DNA of 46,255 bases from Actinomycetota bacterium (lineage in GTDB: Bacteria; Actinomycetota; Thermoleophilia; Solirubrobacterales; 70-9). The notes beneath the pieces are model-generated. The model worked only from the letters and a program-made list of their open reading frames with translations, ran no database searches and had not been told where the DNA came from. Below, in pieces: positions 24,547 through 34,283 of this stretch. Location: positions 1 to 46,255 of the forward strand of contig JBKPOV010000055.1 of NCBI GenBank assembly GCA_046733315.1, given 5' to 3'. Numbering within the stretch: the stretch's first letter is position 1; every line of letters starts with the position of its first letter. Both the position numbers and the translations under genes were made by a program.

Positions 24547-26975
24547 GGCGTGCGCGGGTGCATCGCGTCCATCCCGGCGCGCAGCTCGACAGCGCTGAGC
24601 GCGCCGTTGGGAGCCGACGCGGCCCGGTAGGAGAAGGCGACGCCACCAAAGCCGAGGCGGAAGGTCCGTTCGCCCGCGGGATTGAACTCGGTCACCAGCG
24701 AGCGCCCGCCCCAGCTCATCAGCCAGGAGCCGTCGGCGGAGCGCCGGGAAGAGCCGCAGCAGAAGCTGCCCGGGGCCTGCGGGTCGGTCACCTGTTCGAC
24801 CAGGGTGGCGGTTTTCGCCGCCTCGTTGACTTCGTACCGCACCGCCCGGGGGGGACTGGGCTGGTTGGTGTTGTTGTCGTGGATCGTGATCGTGCCGTCG
24901 GGCTGAAGGCGGATGTCGTGCTGGCCGCCGAGCGGGTAGGCGCCCTCGGGGTCGTTGACAACGGTCAAGCTTTTCGGCGTCCAGGTGCCGCCCAGCTTCC
25001 AGATCACGTTGCCGCTCGCCTTGTCGATCTTGTAGATGGCGTCGGTATGGCGCATCGAGATCATGATCGCGTTATCGCCGACGGGCTCGACCGCGTTCAT
25101 GTGGACGATGTCGCGCTGACTGCCTTTGAGCGCGGTGGGCCACCAGCGGCCGGTCTCCGCGAGGCCGATGTGGCTCGCGCTGTTCCAGGTCCAAACCGCT
25201 TCGCCCGTTTCGTTGATCTCCTGGACTTCGCCGTCGATCACCGTGTCGTCGGCGCCTCCTCCGAAAGCGGTGAGGTCGACGTGTTCACGCGGCTGGTAGG
25301 AGGTGACCAGGTAGTTGCCGTTCGGCTGACGCTGCAGCTCGTGGATGTCGGTGCTGCCGCCGACGATGCTCACGGTGCGGACCACCGTTCCGTTGAGTTC
25401 ACGGATCTGGTACCCGTCGGCACCACCAAACTGTCCCCACCAAGTGATCCGCGTCGGCTGGCCAGCCTCGGTGATGAACTTGGCGTCGATCGGCCCTGGG
25501 GTGGATCCCTGCCACCAAACCGGCACGCCGTGGTCGTCGAAGATGATCGCGTAGCCGCTGCCGCCCGCGCCGATGGCCGGATCTACGACGTAGAACTGGT
25601 GGTCCGGCTGCAGCAATCTTTCGTATTCCCAGGCTGGGAAATCAGTTGGCAGGCAGCGCACGTGGTATTCGCTCGTCGCCGCGCCGTCATCCAGCGTGAA
25701 GCTGAACCCCTGGTTTGCTTCCAGAGGAACCGTTGCGTCGAAGAAGCCGGTTTGTTCCTCCTGGTCGTCGACCGAGATACCGGTTCCCTGAGCCAGCCTG
25801 CCGCTGATCTCAAGCGGTGAGCCATCGCAGCGCACCGTGTAATCCGACACGCCCGGGGCAAACGTCGGCGAGAGGCCGCCCTGGTCGACCGAGACGTCGT
25901 CCACGCAGGCAACCGCAACCGCGACGGTCGCCGTGGAGCCGCCGTTCAGCGAGTAGGTGAAGCTGTCCGGTGCTTCCCCGTCGTTGCAGTAGCCGGGATC
26001 GGGTTGGTAGGTGAGGTCCAGACCTTTGTCTGCCACCGCCGCCGTACCGTTGGTGGGCTGAGTGATCGACGCGACCAGCTTTGGCCCTCCGTCGGGGTCG
26101 GTGTCGTTGGCGCGCACCGGCAGGACAGCTGCCGAGGCGCCCTGCTGGACCGTCGCCTCGTCGTCGATCGCCGCCGGCGCATCGTCGACGCCGCTGACCG
26201 TCACCGTCACCGACCCGCCGGTGAAGCCGCCGCGGCCGTCAGTGATCACGTACTGGAGGCTTTGGTTGACGCCGTCGCCTGCCGCCAGCGAGTCGAAGCG
26301 ACCGCTGGGATCGAAGCTCAGCCGACCGCCGCCATCGACGATGTCGACGCGGGCGGTCGAGCGGCCGGCGTCGAGCGAGACGAACGAGAGCGAATCGCCG
26401 TCATCGTCGCCGGCGACCGCGCTTGCCTCGATCGACGTCGGGCTGTCCTCGTTAGTGACGGCGGAGGCGTCCTCGGTGAGCGGCGCGCGGTTGGTTCGCG
26501 CCTTTTTCGGGCCTTTCCCTCTCTCGCAGCCGGCCAGCTTGTTGGCACCGGCGCCGCCGAAACAGCGATCGCGCCCCTTGCCACCCTGGATGCGGTCGTC
26601 GCCGGCGCCGCCCCGCAGGAGGTCGCCTGCCGCGCCTCCAACGACCCTGTCGTCACCGGCGCCGCCCGAGACGACGTCGGCGCCAGAGCCGGCGCAGATC
26701 AGGTCATCGCCACCGCTGCCGTCGATGCGGTCGGCGCCGATGGAGCCGACGATCACGTCGCGCTGGGGGCCACCGACCAGCTTCCTGCCCGGCGTCGCCG
26801 CCAGGGTGGCGGGCAGCCCGAGGCACGACTGGGCGCTTCGTGCGGTTGGGCCCGCCAGGGCCAGCGTTGCTGCCAGCGCCGTTGCCGCGAGCAGGGCGAG
26901 GGCCGCGGAGAGCAGCGCCCCACCTCGGGCCGCCCCGCCGAAACTTCCCCTTGCCTTCGCAGATTGCTTCCCCAT
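24543..26975 (-). CDS. Secreted multidomain protein: RTX calcium-binding repeats + two cadherin/VCBS-like domains + arylsulfotransferase (ASST)-like beta-propeller
   Basis: Signal peptide 'ALLSAALALLAATALAATLALAG'. Seven tandem GGxGxDxUx nonapeptides follow. Two modules end in 'VTVSGVDDAP' and 'DSFTYSLNGGSTATVAVAV'. The C-terminus is ASST-like ('DIVHMNAVEP...ISMRHTDAIYKIDKASGNVIWKLGG'). ATG at 26975; an alternative start is at 27047. Confidence 0.8.
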   Translation of the reverse strand: MGKQSAKARGSFGGAARGGALLSAALALLAATALAATLALAGPTARSAQSCLGLPATLAATPGRKLVGGPQRDVIVGSIGADRIDGSGGDDLICAGSGADVVSGGAGDDRVVGGAAGDLLRGGAGDDRIQGGKGRDRCFGGAGANKLAGCERGKGPKKARTNRAPLTEDASAVTNEDSPTSIEASAVAGDDDGDSLSFVSLDAGRSTARVDIVDGGGRLSFDPSGRFDSLAAGDGVNQSLQYVITDGRGGFTGGSVTVTVSGVDDAPAAIDDEATVQQGASAAVLPVRANDTDPDGGPKLVASITQPTNGTAAVADKGLDLTYQPDPGYCNDGEAPDSFTYSLNGGSTATVAVAVACVDDVSVDQGGLSPTFAPGVSDYTVRCDGSPLEISGRLAQGTGISVDDQEEQTGFFDATVPLEANQGFSFTLDDGAATSEYHVRCLPTDFPAWEYERLLQPDHQFYVVDPAIGAGGSGYAIIFDDHGVPVWWQGSTPGPIDAKFITEAGQPTRITWWGQFGGADGYQIRELNGTVVRTVSIVGGSTDIHELQRQPNGNYLVTSYQPREHVDLTAFGGGADDTVIDGEVQEINETGEAVWTWNSASHIGLAETGRWWPTALKGSQRDIVHMNAVEPVGDNAIMISMRHTDAIYKIDKASGNVIWKLGGTWTPKSLTVVNDPEGAYPLGGQHDIRLQPDGTITIHDNNTNQPSPPRAVRYEVNEAAKTATLVEQVTDPQAPGSFCCGSSRRSADGSWLMSWGGRSLVTEFNPAGERTFRLGFGGVAFSYRAASAPNGALSAVELRAGMDAMHPRTP
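26532..26747 (-). repeat. Coding tandem repeat: about seven RTX-type GGxGxDxUx nonapeptides
   Basis: 'GSGGDDLIC AGSGADVVS GGAGDDRVV GGAAGDLLR GGAGDDRIQ GGKGRDRCF GGAGANKLA' is read from the translation. Coordinates are approximate, within about 10 nt. Confidence 0.75.
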
Positions 26976-27051
26976 GGCTCTTGTCCGATTGCCGCCGAGC
27001 AGCCGAATCGGAACGGGCATCGTAGTGACTGCGGGCCGTAGAGTCACGGCT

Positions 27052-27519
27052 GTGAGTCGACGTGACCAGATTGAGCTGACCCACGCCGAGCTGCTCGAGC
27101 TGCTCGCGGCCGAGCGGATCGCCGTCGTTTCCAGCCTCGGGCCGCGTGGCTGGCCGCACTCAATGCCGATGTGGTTCGTGCCGCGCGAGGGTGAGATCTG
27201 GGTCTGGACCTATGCCAAATCGCAGAAGGTGCGCAACCTCGAGCGCGATCCACGCGCGACGGTGCTGGTCGAGACCGGGCACGAGTACGGCGAGCTGCGC
27301 GGGGGGATGATCGAGGCCGAAGCGGAGCTGCATCGCGATCGCGAGACCGTGCTCGGCTTCGCCGAGGAGCTGACGCTGCGCTACGCGGAGGGGATCTCGG
27401 CGGTCGAGGGCGACGCCAAGGCGGCCTTGGAGGCCCAGGCGCCAAAGCGAGTGGCGATCCACTTCAAGCCGGTGAGAACGGCAACCTGGGATCACCGCAA
27501 GCTGGGCGGAACCTACTGA
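27052..27519 (+). CDS. Pyridoxamine 5'-phosphate oxidase-fold (F420-dependent PPOX class-like) protein
   Basis: 'ELLAAERIAVVSSLGPRGWPHSMPMWFV...GEIWVWTYAKSQKVRNLERDPRATVLV' is typical of the PPOX split-barrel family. GTG at 27052. The upstream 330 codons of the track ORF are an antisense shadow of the ASST gene. Confidence 0.8.
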   Translation: MSRRDQIELTHAELLELLAAERIAVVSSLGPRGWPHSMPMWFVPREGEIWVWTYAKSQKVRNLERDPRATVLVETGHEYGELRGGMIEAEAELHRDRETVLGFAEELTLRYAEGISAVEGDAKAALEAQAPKRVAIHFKPVRTATWDHRKLGGTY

Positions 27520-27565
27520 CCGTTAACGTCCTGGCGCTACCGACGTCGGCTCGGCGTGTTAGGAA

Positions 27566-28717
27566 GTGACCTGCACACGCACAGCCGCTCACACCATCGA
27601 GTTGAGACCTCTCAAGACCACCGTTCTCCTGCTGGCGCTCGCCGCCGCCTTGCTTGCCCCCGCGGCGGCGCAGGCGCTGCCACCCGGCTTCTTCGGCATA
27701 GCGCCGCAGACGGTGCTGACTAACCGAGACGCGTCTTACATGCAGGCGGGCAGGATCGGCAGCGTGCGCTGGCCGGTCAACTGGGCGTTCGTGCAGCCGA
27801 CGGCGAAAGGCGGCTATGACTGGAGCAGCGTCGACCCGGCGCTCGAGGTGGCCGCGAGGCGCGGCTTGAAGTTCCTGCCCTTCCTCTACGGAACACCCCG
27901 CTGGCTCGCCAACAAGCCGACAACCCTGCCGATGAGCAGCGGTCGCGCCCGCAAGGCCTGGCTGGCCTTCGTCGACGCGGCGGTCAAGCGCTACGGCCCC
28001 GGCGGTGAATTCTGGAATGAGCACGCGCCCAACCAGGCAGCCGTCAACTATGTGCCGGCGATTCCGCGTCCGACCCCGATCCGCATTTGGCAGGTCTGGA
28101 ACGAGGCGAACTTCTTCTACTTCGCCTACCCGGTCTCGCCGAGCGCCTACGCGCGCCTGCTGAAGCTGACCTCCAAGGAGATCAAGGCCGTCGACCCGAT
28201 CGCCAAAGTTGTCCTCTCCGGCCTCTTCGGCGACCCCGACGAGGGCGGCAAGAAGGGCATGGACGCGACCAGGTTCCTCAACGCCCTCTACCGCGTGCCG
28301 GGCATCAAGAGCTACTTCGACGCGGTGGCCCTGCATCCGTACGCCTTCCACGTCGACGATCTCGAAGAACTGACCGAGGAACTGCGCGAAGTCGTCCTCG
28401 ACAACGGCGACCCCGGCGCCGCCCTCTACATCACCGAGATGGGTTGGGGCTCGCAGAACGACCCGCAGGTCGTTGCCTTCGAGCAAGGTATTCAGGGCCA
28501 GGCCCGTGAACTTCGCAAGTCCTACGCCTACCTGATCGCCAATCGCCACCGGCTCAACCTCAAGGGCACCTACTGGTACTCGTGGAAGGACAATCCCGAC
28601 TACACCGCCTGCAGCTTCTGCGACTCGGTCGGTCTCTTTCACGCGGGCAAGGGCTTCAATCCAAAGCCGGCCTGGCGCTCGTTCGTCGCCCTGACCGGCG
28701 GGCGGGCGCGGCCCTAG
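27566..28717 (+). CDS. Secreted clan GH-A (beta/alpha)8 glycoside hydrolase (GH5/GH39-like)
   Basis: Signal peptide 'LLLALAAALLAPAAAQA'. 'IWQVWNEANFFY' carries the acid/base Glu in an NE motif. 'LYITEMGWG' carries the nucleophile Glu. An alternative TTG start is at 27602. Confidence 0.8.
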   Translation: MTCTRTAAHTIELRPLKTTVLLLALAAALLAPAAAQALPPGFFGIAPQTVLTNRDASYMQAGRIGSVRWPVNWAFVQPTAKGGYDWSSVDPALEVAARRGLKFLPFLYGTPRWLANKPTTLPMSSGRARKAWLAFVDAAVKRYGPGGEFWNEHAPNQAAVNYVPAIPRPTPIRIWQVWNEANFFYFAYPVSPSAYARLLKLTSKEIKAVDPIAKVVLSGLFGDPDEGGKKGMDATRFLNALYRVPGIKSYFDAVALHPYAFHVDDLEELTEELREVVLDNGDPGAALYITEMGWGSQNDPQVVAFEQGIQGQARELRKSYAYLIANRHRLNLKGTYWYSWKDNPDYTACSFCDSVGLFHAGKGFNPKPAWRSFVALTGGRARP

Positions 28718-29658
28718 CCTTCGAAGGAGTCCACGGTTCGCCGCAGTCCCTCGTCTAGCGGGACCTTGGCCCGAAAGCCGATTGACTCCGTCGCCCTGGA
28801 GACGTCGAGATAGCGAACCGGCTGTCCGTCCGGGCGCGAGGTGTCCCAGACGGTCTTGCCCTCATATCCGGCTGCCCTGGCAACGAGCTCGGCGAGGTCA
28901 CGGATCTTGGTCTCCACCCCGGTGCCGACGTTGAAGGGCTCTGAGGAGTCGGCGTGCTCGGCGGCGAGGACCATCGCCAGGGCGGCGTCGTCGACGTAGA
29001 GGAACTCGCGCGAGGGCTCACCGGTGCCCCAGAGCACGACCTCGGGATCGCCGTTTTTCGTCGCGGTGACGTACTTGTTCACCATCGCCGCGATCACGTG
29101 GGAGTCCTCGAGGTCGAAGTTGTCCTCAGGCCCGTAGAGGTTGGCGATCACCGGCACGCAGGAATCGAGCCCGTACTGCCGGCGATAAGCGTCGGAGAAG
29201 ACGATCAGCATCTTCTTGGCGAGGCCGTAGGGAGCGTTCGACTCCTCGGGGTAGCCGCTCCAGAGGTCGTCCTCTTTGAACGGCACGGGGGTGAACTTGG
29301 GGTAGGCGCAGACCGAGCAGGCGGCGACCAGCTTGCTGACGCCAAGCTCGCGGCAGGCCTCGAAGACGTTCAGGCCCATTGCCGTGTTGTCGCGAGCCAG
29401 CGGCCCGGGATTGCGCCGGTTGAAGCCGATGCCGCCGACGTTGGCCGCCAGGTGGATGACGATGTCGGCCCCCTGGAGAGCTTGCCTGCAGGCAACGGGA
29501 TCGGTCAGGTCGTACTCGACCGAGCGCGGCGCGCGGACGCTGGAACCCAGCTCGGAGATCATCCGAACGGTCGGCTTGCCGAGGAAGCCGCCGCCGCCCG
29601 TGACGACGACCTCCTTGCCGGCCCAGAAGGCGGGATCGGGGGAGCGCTCCCCGCTCAC
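28714..29658 (-). CDS. fcl: GDP-L-fucose synthase (GDP-4-keto-6-deoxymannose 3,5-epimerase/4-reductase)
   Basis: '[11 protein letters not shown]', 'SVCAYPK' and 'APYGLAKKM' (YxxxK) are present. 314 aa, with a 4-nt overlap with gmd. Confidence 0.9.
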   Translation of the reverse strand: MSGERSPDPAFWAGKEVVVTGGGGFLGKPTVRMISELGSSVRAPRSVEYDLTDPVACRQALQGADIVIHLAANVGGIGFNRRNPGPLARDNTAMGLNVFEACRELGVSKLVAACSVCAYPKFTPVPFKEDDLWSGYPEESNAPYGLAKKMLIVFSDAYRRQYGLDSCVPVIANLYGPEDNFDLEDSHVIAAMVNKYVTATKNGDPEVVLWGTGEPSREFLYVDDAALAMVLAAEHADSSEPFNVGTGVETKIRDLAELVARAAGYEGKTVWDTSRPDGQPVRYLDVSRATESIGFRAKVPLDEGLRRTVDSFEG

Positions 29659-30671
29659 CGCGCGGCCTCGCCCGAGAGCTGCGCGTCGAGCGACGCGACG
29701 TCGGCCTCGACCATCAGCTCGATCAGCTCGCGGAAGCGGACCTTCGGCTCCCAGCCGAGCTTCTCACGCGCCTTGCTGGCGTCACCGAGCAGCGAGTCGA
29801 CCTCGGCGGGCCGGAAGTAGCGGGGATCGATCTCCAGGTGTTTGTCGGGGTCGAGGCCGACGTGGCCGAAGGCGATCTCCAGCGCCTCACGCACCGAGTG
29901 CTTCTCGCCAGTGGCAACGACGTAGTCGTCGGGCTCCTCGGTCTGAAGCATCAGCCACATCGCCTCGACGAAGTCGGGCGCGTAGCCCCAGTCGCGTTCG
30001 GCGTCGAGGTTGCCCATGTAGAGCTTGTCCTGAAGCCCGGCCTTGATGCGCGCCACGGCGCGGGTGATCTTTCGGGTGACGAAGGTCTCGCCGCGGCGGG
30101 GGGACTCGTGGTTGAAGAGGATGCCGTTAACGGCGAACATGTCGTAGGACTCGCGGTAGTTGACCGTCGACCAGTAGGCCGCGACCTTGGCCACCGCGTA
30201 GGGGCTGCGAGGGTGAAACGGGGTCGCCTCGTTCTGCGGCGGCGGCGAGGAGCCGAAGATCTCCGAGGAGGACGCCTGGTAGAAGCGCGTCTTCACCTCA
30301 GACTCGCGGATCGCCTCGAGCAGTCGCAGGGTGCCGCCGCCAGTAACGTCGAAGGTGTACTCGGGGATGTCGAAGGAGACGCGGACATGGCTCTGCGCCC
30401 CGAGGTTGTAGATCTCGTGTGGCTGCAGCTCGTAAATCAGCCGGGTCAGGGCCACGGGGTCGGAGAGGTCGCCGTAGTGCGTGAAGAGGCGGGTGCCCTC
30501 CTCGTGCGGGTCGCGATAGAGGTGCTCGATGCGGCCGGTGTTAAAGCTCGAGGAGCGACGGATGATCCCGTGCACCTCATAGCCTTTGTCGAGCAGCAGC
30601 TCGGCGAGGTAGGAGCCGTCCTGTCCGGTCAGGCCGGTGAGAAGCGCGCGCTTCGGGGTCTCCGGGCTCAT
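29655..30671 (-). CDS. gmd: GDP-mannose 4,6-dehydratase
   Basis: '[44 protein letters not shown]' and '[12 protein letters not shown]' are highly characteristic. Confidence 0.95.
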   Translation of the reverse strand: MSPETPKRALLTGLTGQDGSYLAELLLDKGYEVHGIIRRSSSFNTGRIEHLYRDPHEEGTRLFTHYGDLSDPVALTRLIYELQPHEIYNLGAQSHVRVSFDIPEYTFDVTGGGTLRLLEAIRESEVKTRFYQASSSEIFGSSPPPQNEATPFHPRSPYAVAKVAAYWSTVNYRESYDMFAVNGILFNHESPRRGETFVTRKITRAVARIKAGLQDKLYMGNLDAERDWGYAPDFVEAMWLMLQTEEPDDYVVATGEKHSVREALEIAFGHVGLDPDKHLEIDPRYFRPAEVDSLLGDASKAREKLGWEPKVRFRELIELMVEADVASLDAQLSGEAAR

Positions 30672-31447
30672 CGGCGTCCCGCCCGCCAGGTGCCGCGCGG
30701 CCGCGCCGTCGGCAGGCCGTCGCGGCGGTAGTCGCCGCGGCTGAGGTGGTGCTCGAGGAAGACGTAGAGGACGATGAAGAGGTAGCGGCTGCCCATCTCA
30801 TTGAGCGAGAGCTTGGAGACGCCCGCCTTGCGGTTGGTCCACGAGATCGGCACGATGCCGTAGCTGTAGCCACGCACCACGGCCTTCAGCGGCAGCTCGA
30901 CGGTGAGGTTGAAGTGGTGAGAGAGGAGGGGCTGGACGTTTTCGATCACCTCGCGGCGGTAGGCCTTGAAGGCGTTCGTCGTGTCGTTGTAGCCGTGGCG
31001 GAAGAGCAGGCGGATGCAGAAGTTGACGATCCGGTTCATGATCAGCTTCGAGCGCGGGTAGTCGAGCACGGTCGCTCCGTGCACGAAGCGCGAGCCGAAG
31101 GCGCACTCGTAGCCCTCTTCGAGCAGGCGCTGGTAGGAGACCAGGTCACCCGGGCTGTCCGACCCGTCGGCCATCACGATCGCGACCGCGTCGCCCTCGA
31201 ACGCCTCCAACCCCGCCCGCACGGCGAAGCCGAACCCGTTGCGGTACGGGGAGTGGAGGCAGCGCACCTGCGGGTGCTCGGCGCCGATGCCTTCGACGAC
31301 CCCGGCGGTCTCGTCCGTGCTCGAGTCGTCGACGACGATCACCTCGTGCTCGATCTCCTCGCGCGAGAGGGTGGCGACGAGGCCCTCGACGGTCTCGGCG
31401 ACCGTCTCCTCCTCGTTGTGGGCGGGGATGACGACCGAGAGCTTCAT
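30668..31447 (-). CDS. GT2 polyprenyl-phosphate glycosyltransferase (DPM1/GtrB/ArnC-like)
   Basis: '[14 protein letters not shown]', '[11 protein letters not shown]', 'VIVMADGSD'-type '[11 protein letters not shown]' and '[14 protein letters not shown]' are present, with a C-terminal hydrophobic tail. Confidence 0.85.
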   Translation of the reverse strand: MKLSVVIPAHNEEETVAETVEGLVATLSREEIEHEVIVVDDSSTDETAGVVEGIGAEHPQVRCLHSPYRNGFGFAVRAGLEAFEGDAVAIVMADGSDSPGDLVSYQRLLEEGYECAFGSRFVHGATVLDYPRSKLIMNRIVNFCIRLLFRHGYNDTTNAFKAYRREVIENVQPLLSHHFNLTVELPLKAVVRGYSYGIVPISWTNRKAGVSKLSLNEMGSRYLFIVLYVFLEHHLSRGDYRRDGLPTARPRGTWRAGRR

Positions 31448-32517
31448 GCCGGCGCGGAGATCCAGCGCTCGGAATTGGCCTCGTAGATTTCGCGCAGGAT
31501 CTGATCGAGGTCGCGCTGGGGGCGCCAGCCGCCGTACTCGGAGCCGAACTCATTGAGGTCGCTGATCCACCAGCGGTGGTCGCCGACGCGGGCCTGGTCG
31601 CTCATCTCCCAGCGCAGCTCGCGCCCGGCGATGCGCTCGCAGATTGCGATCGCCTCCAGCATCGAGCAGGCGTTCTCGCGCCCGCCGCCGATGTTGTAGA
31701 CCGCCGCAGCGCGTGGCTTTTCGTGGAAGAGCAGGAAGGCGTCGACCAGGTCGGCGCTGTGCACGTTGTCGCGCACCTGCTTGCCCTCGTAGCCAAAGAC
31801 GGTGTAGGGGTTGCCGGTCGCGGTGCACTTCATCAGGTAGGCGAGGAAGCCGTGCAGCTGGGCGCCGGCGTGGTTGGGCCCGGTGAGGCAGCCGCCGCGG
31901 AAGCAGACCGTGGGCATATCGAAGTAACGGCCGTACTCCTGGACGAGCAGGTCGGCGGCCGCCTTGGAGGCGCCGAAGAGCGAGTGCAGGGTGGAGTCGA
32001 TCGACATCGTCGTGTCGATGCCGCCGAACCACTGGTGATCGGCGGGCAGCTCGAGCCGCGTCTCCTGCTCTTCCAGCGGCAGGTGGTTGGGGGTGTCGCC
32101 GTAGACCTTGTTAGTCGAGGTGAAGATGAAGGTCGCCTCCGGGCAGTGCTGGCGCGCCGCCTCGAGCAGGTTGAGCGTGCCGTTGGCGTTGATGCCGAAG
32201 TCGGCCTGCGGGTCGCTCGCGGCCCAGTCGTGCGATGGCTGCGCCGCCGTGTGCACGACCAGCTCGATTTGGCTGGCGTGCTCGGCGAAGACCCGGTCGA
32301 TGCCCTCGGCGTCGCGGATATCGAGGTCGGCGGTGCGGAAGGTCTCCAGCTCCCGGTTGAGCCGCTCGGTGACCCCTGCCGTCGAGGCCTCCGGGCCGAA
32401 GAGCTCGGCCCGCGTGTCGTTCTCGATCCCGACCACGTCGTAGCCCGCCTCGACCAACCTGGCCGCTGACTCGGAGCCGATCAGACCCCCGGAACCGGTG
32501 ACTATCGCCTTTGGCAT
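31444..32517 (-). CDS. Extended SDR NAD-dependent epimerase/dehydratase (CDP-paratose 2-epimerase-like) with FxxxK in place of YxxxK
   Basis: '[12 protein letters not shown]', 'STNKVYG' and 'GKQVRDNVH' are present. The catalytic dyad position reads '[11 protein letters not shown]'. Confidence 0.85.
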   Translation of the reverse strand: MPKAIVTGSGGLIGSESAARLVEAGYDVVGIENDTRAELFGPEASTAGVTERLNRELETFRTADLDIRDAEGIDRVFAEHASQIELVVHTAAQPSHDWAASDPQADFGINANGTLNLLEAARQHCPEATFIFTSTNKVYGDTPNHLPLEEQETRLELPADHQWFGGIDTTMSIDSTLHSLFGASKAAADLLVQEYGRYFDMPTVCFRGGCLTGPNHAGAQLHGFLAYLMKCTATGNPYTVFGYEGKQVRDNVHSADLVDAFLLFHEKPRAAAVYNIGGGRENACSMLEAIAICERIAGRELRWEMSDQARVGDHRWWISDLNEFGSEYGGWRPQRDLDQILREIYEANSERWISAPA

Positions 32518-32538
32518 CGCTTCTGGTGCCCCCTTTGG

Positions 32539-33606
32539 CTATCGCTCGAAACCAAGTGCAGCGCGCAAATCGTCCTCGTGTTCAGTCGACCAGGCGAGCA
32601 GGTCGGCGAGGACGTCGCGCGCCCCGCGGCGCGGGCGCCAGGAGGTTAGAGAATGGAGCCGATTGCAGTCGCTCAGGTAGACGGGTACGTCGCCGGGGCG
32701 AGTCTCCACCTCGGTCCCGATCGCCACCTCGTTGCCGGTCAGCTCGCGGCAGAGCGCGGTCGTCTCCAGCAGCGAGAGGCTGCACTCGCGGCCGCCGCCG
32801 ACGTTGGCGACGACGCCGCTCCAGTGCCCAGGGTCGCCGAGCTGCTCGTCTACGAGGTCGATCAGGTCGTCGACGTGGAGTAGGTCGCGCACCTGCTTGC
32901 CCGAGCCGCCGTAGCCGATGTAGGTCAGCGGTCGGCCGAAGAGGTGGCTGAGCAGCCACCAGGAGAAGACGCCCTGGTCGACCTTGCCCATCTGCCAGGG
33001 CCCGGCGATCACGCCGCAGCGGTTGGTCACCGCGTGCAGGCCGAAGGCGTCTGCGTACTCCTCGATCAGGTGCTCGGCAGAGAGCTTGGTGGCGCCGTAA
33101 AGGGTGCGCGCCCCGGCCATCGGGAAGTCCTCGGAGATGCCGGCGGGGCCGACGCCGACGACCGGCTGCGACGCGGCGAGCTCGAAGCGCGTCGCCTCCT
33201 CCTCCAGCGCCAGCTCCAGTTGCAGTGCTACCGGGTAGACGCGGCTGGTCGAGAGAAAGACGACAAACGCCTCCTCGGCCCGCGCTCGCTCGAGGCAGTT
33301 GAAGGCGCCGACCAGGTTGGTCTGGACCGAGTAGGAGGTGTCGGCGAAGCCCGCTAGGACGGAGGGCTCGGCCGAGCACTCGACCATCGCGTCGAAAGAT
33401 CCGGCCGCAGCCAGGTCGGCGGACTCACGCACATCTCCGTGGACGAACTCGACCCCGGCGTCGCGCAGCCGGGCCAGGTTCAGCTCCGAGCCACGCCGCA
33501 TCAGGTTGTCGAGGGCGATGATCTCCCAGTCCGGGTGCCGCTCCGCGAGGGCGACGACGAGGTTGCCACCGACGAAACCGGCGCCCCCTGTGACCAGGAC
33601 GCGCAC
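32539..33606 (-). CDS. Extended SDR NAD-dependent epimerase/dehydratase (CDP-paratose 2-epimerase-like)
   Basis: 'VLVTGGAGFVGGNL', 'LDNLMRRGSELNLARL...VEFVHGDVR', 'LYGATKLSAE' (YxxxK) and 'GKQVRDLLHVDD' are present. Confidence 0.85.
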   Translation of the reverse strand: MRVLVTGGAGFVGGNLVVALAERHPDWEIIALDNLMRRGSELNLARLRDAGVEFVHGDVRESADLAAAGSFDAMVECSAEPSVLAGFADTSYSVQTNLVGAFNCLERARAEEAFVVFLSTSRVYPVALQLELALEEEATRFELAASQPVVGVGPAGISEDFPMAGARTLYGATKLSAEHLIEEYADAFGLHAVTNRCGVIAGPWQMGKVDQGVFSWWLLSHLFGRPLTYIGYGGSGKQVRDLLHVDDLIDLVDEQLGDPGHWSGVVANVGGGRECSLSLLETTALCRELTGNEVAIGTEVETRPGDVPVYLSDCNRLHSLTSWRPRRGARDVLADLLAWSTEHEDDLRAALGFER

Positions 33607-33609
33607 TGC

Positions 33610-34263
33610 TCAGCGGCGACCGATTACCAGGAACTGCTTGCCGAGCAGCTTCCAGGCGAGTGGAGCGCGCAGGTAAAGCGAGGTCAGGCGCGGAGACGGA
33701 GGAAGGATTCCCCGGAACGAGTAGGGCAGGTAGCGAGGGATAATGCGTTCGGGCTCGAACCCGCCGGCGTAGAGGTGCTCGGCGATCGCCACGTGGGTCA
33801 GCGCGACGTAATGATCCGCGCAATCCCAGTACTCCTTCGAGCAGTAGCGATAGTTTGGCCCCATGATCGCGATCCGGCCTCCCGGTTTCATCGCTCCGCG
33901 CATTCGTTCCAGGAACTGCGAAATAGCCTCTTGGTCGTAGAGGTGCTCGAGGAAGTTGGAGGCGAAGACCCCGTCGAAATGCTCGCTGGGCAGATCGGCG
34001 TCCATGATCTTGGAGGTGACGAATTTGACCCCAGTCGTTCGCTCCGCCTCCGAGTAGGAGACCTCGTCGACTGCCCAGCGCTCCGCGGCCGGGATCGAGC
34101 AGATGAACTCACCACGGCCCGCTGCCGCGTCCAGCACCGTTCCCGGCGAGCCCATCAGGCCGTGGACGTGGGGGGCGATCTCCTCCCAGACACGCAGGCG
34201 GGCTGCCTGGTCGATGTCGCGAAAGCGATATTCGTAGAGACGCTGGTAGTTCATGCGCGGCAT
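33610..34263 (-). CDS. Class I SAM-dependent methyltransferase
   Basis: 'VLDAAAGRGEF' is motif I. 'FDGVFASNFLEHL' and 'MKPGGRIAIMGPN' are also present. I chose ATG 34263; the track start at 34740 overlaps the FkbM gene. Confidence 0.8.
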   Translation of the reverse strand: MPRMNYQRLYEYRFRDIDQAARLRVWEEIAPHVHGLMGSPGTVLDAAAGRGEFICSIPAAERWAVDEVSYSEAERTTGVKFVTSKIMDADLPSEHFDGVFASNFLEHLYDQEAISQFLERMRGAMKPGGRIAIMGPNYRYCSKEYWDCADHYVALTHVAIAEHLYAGGFEPERIIPRYLPYSFRGILPPSPRLTSLYLRAPLAWKLLGKQFLVIGRR

Positions 34264-34283
34264 CTTATGTAGATGCGAGGCAC

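Noticed and set aside
26532-26747. The RTX-coding repeat as a possible nucleotide-level tandem repeat or contingency locus.
   Set aside because: The nonapeptide units are degenerate at the DNA level, with different codons and residues per unit, so slipped-strand variation is unlikely. It is a protein-level repeat only.
26062-27051. The N-terminal 330 codons of the 485-aa plus-strand ORF 26062-27519.
   Set aside because: This part is Ser/Pro/Ala-rich and lies antisense to the ASST fusion gene. Only the last 155 codons, from GTG 27052, show PPOX-family sequence.
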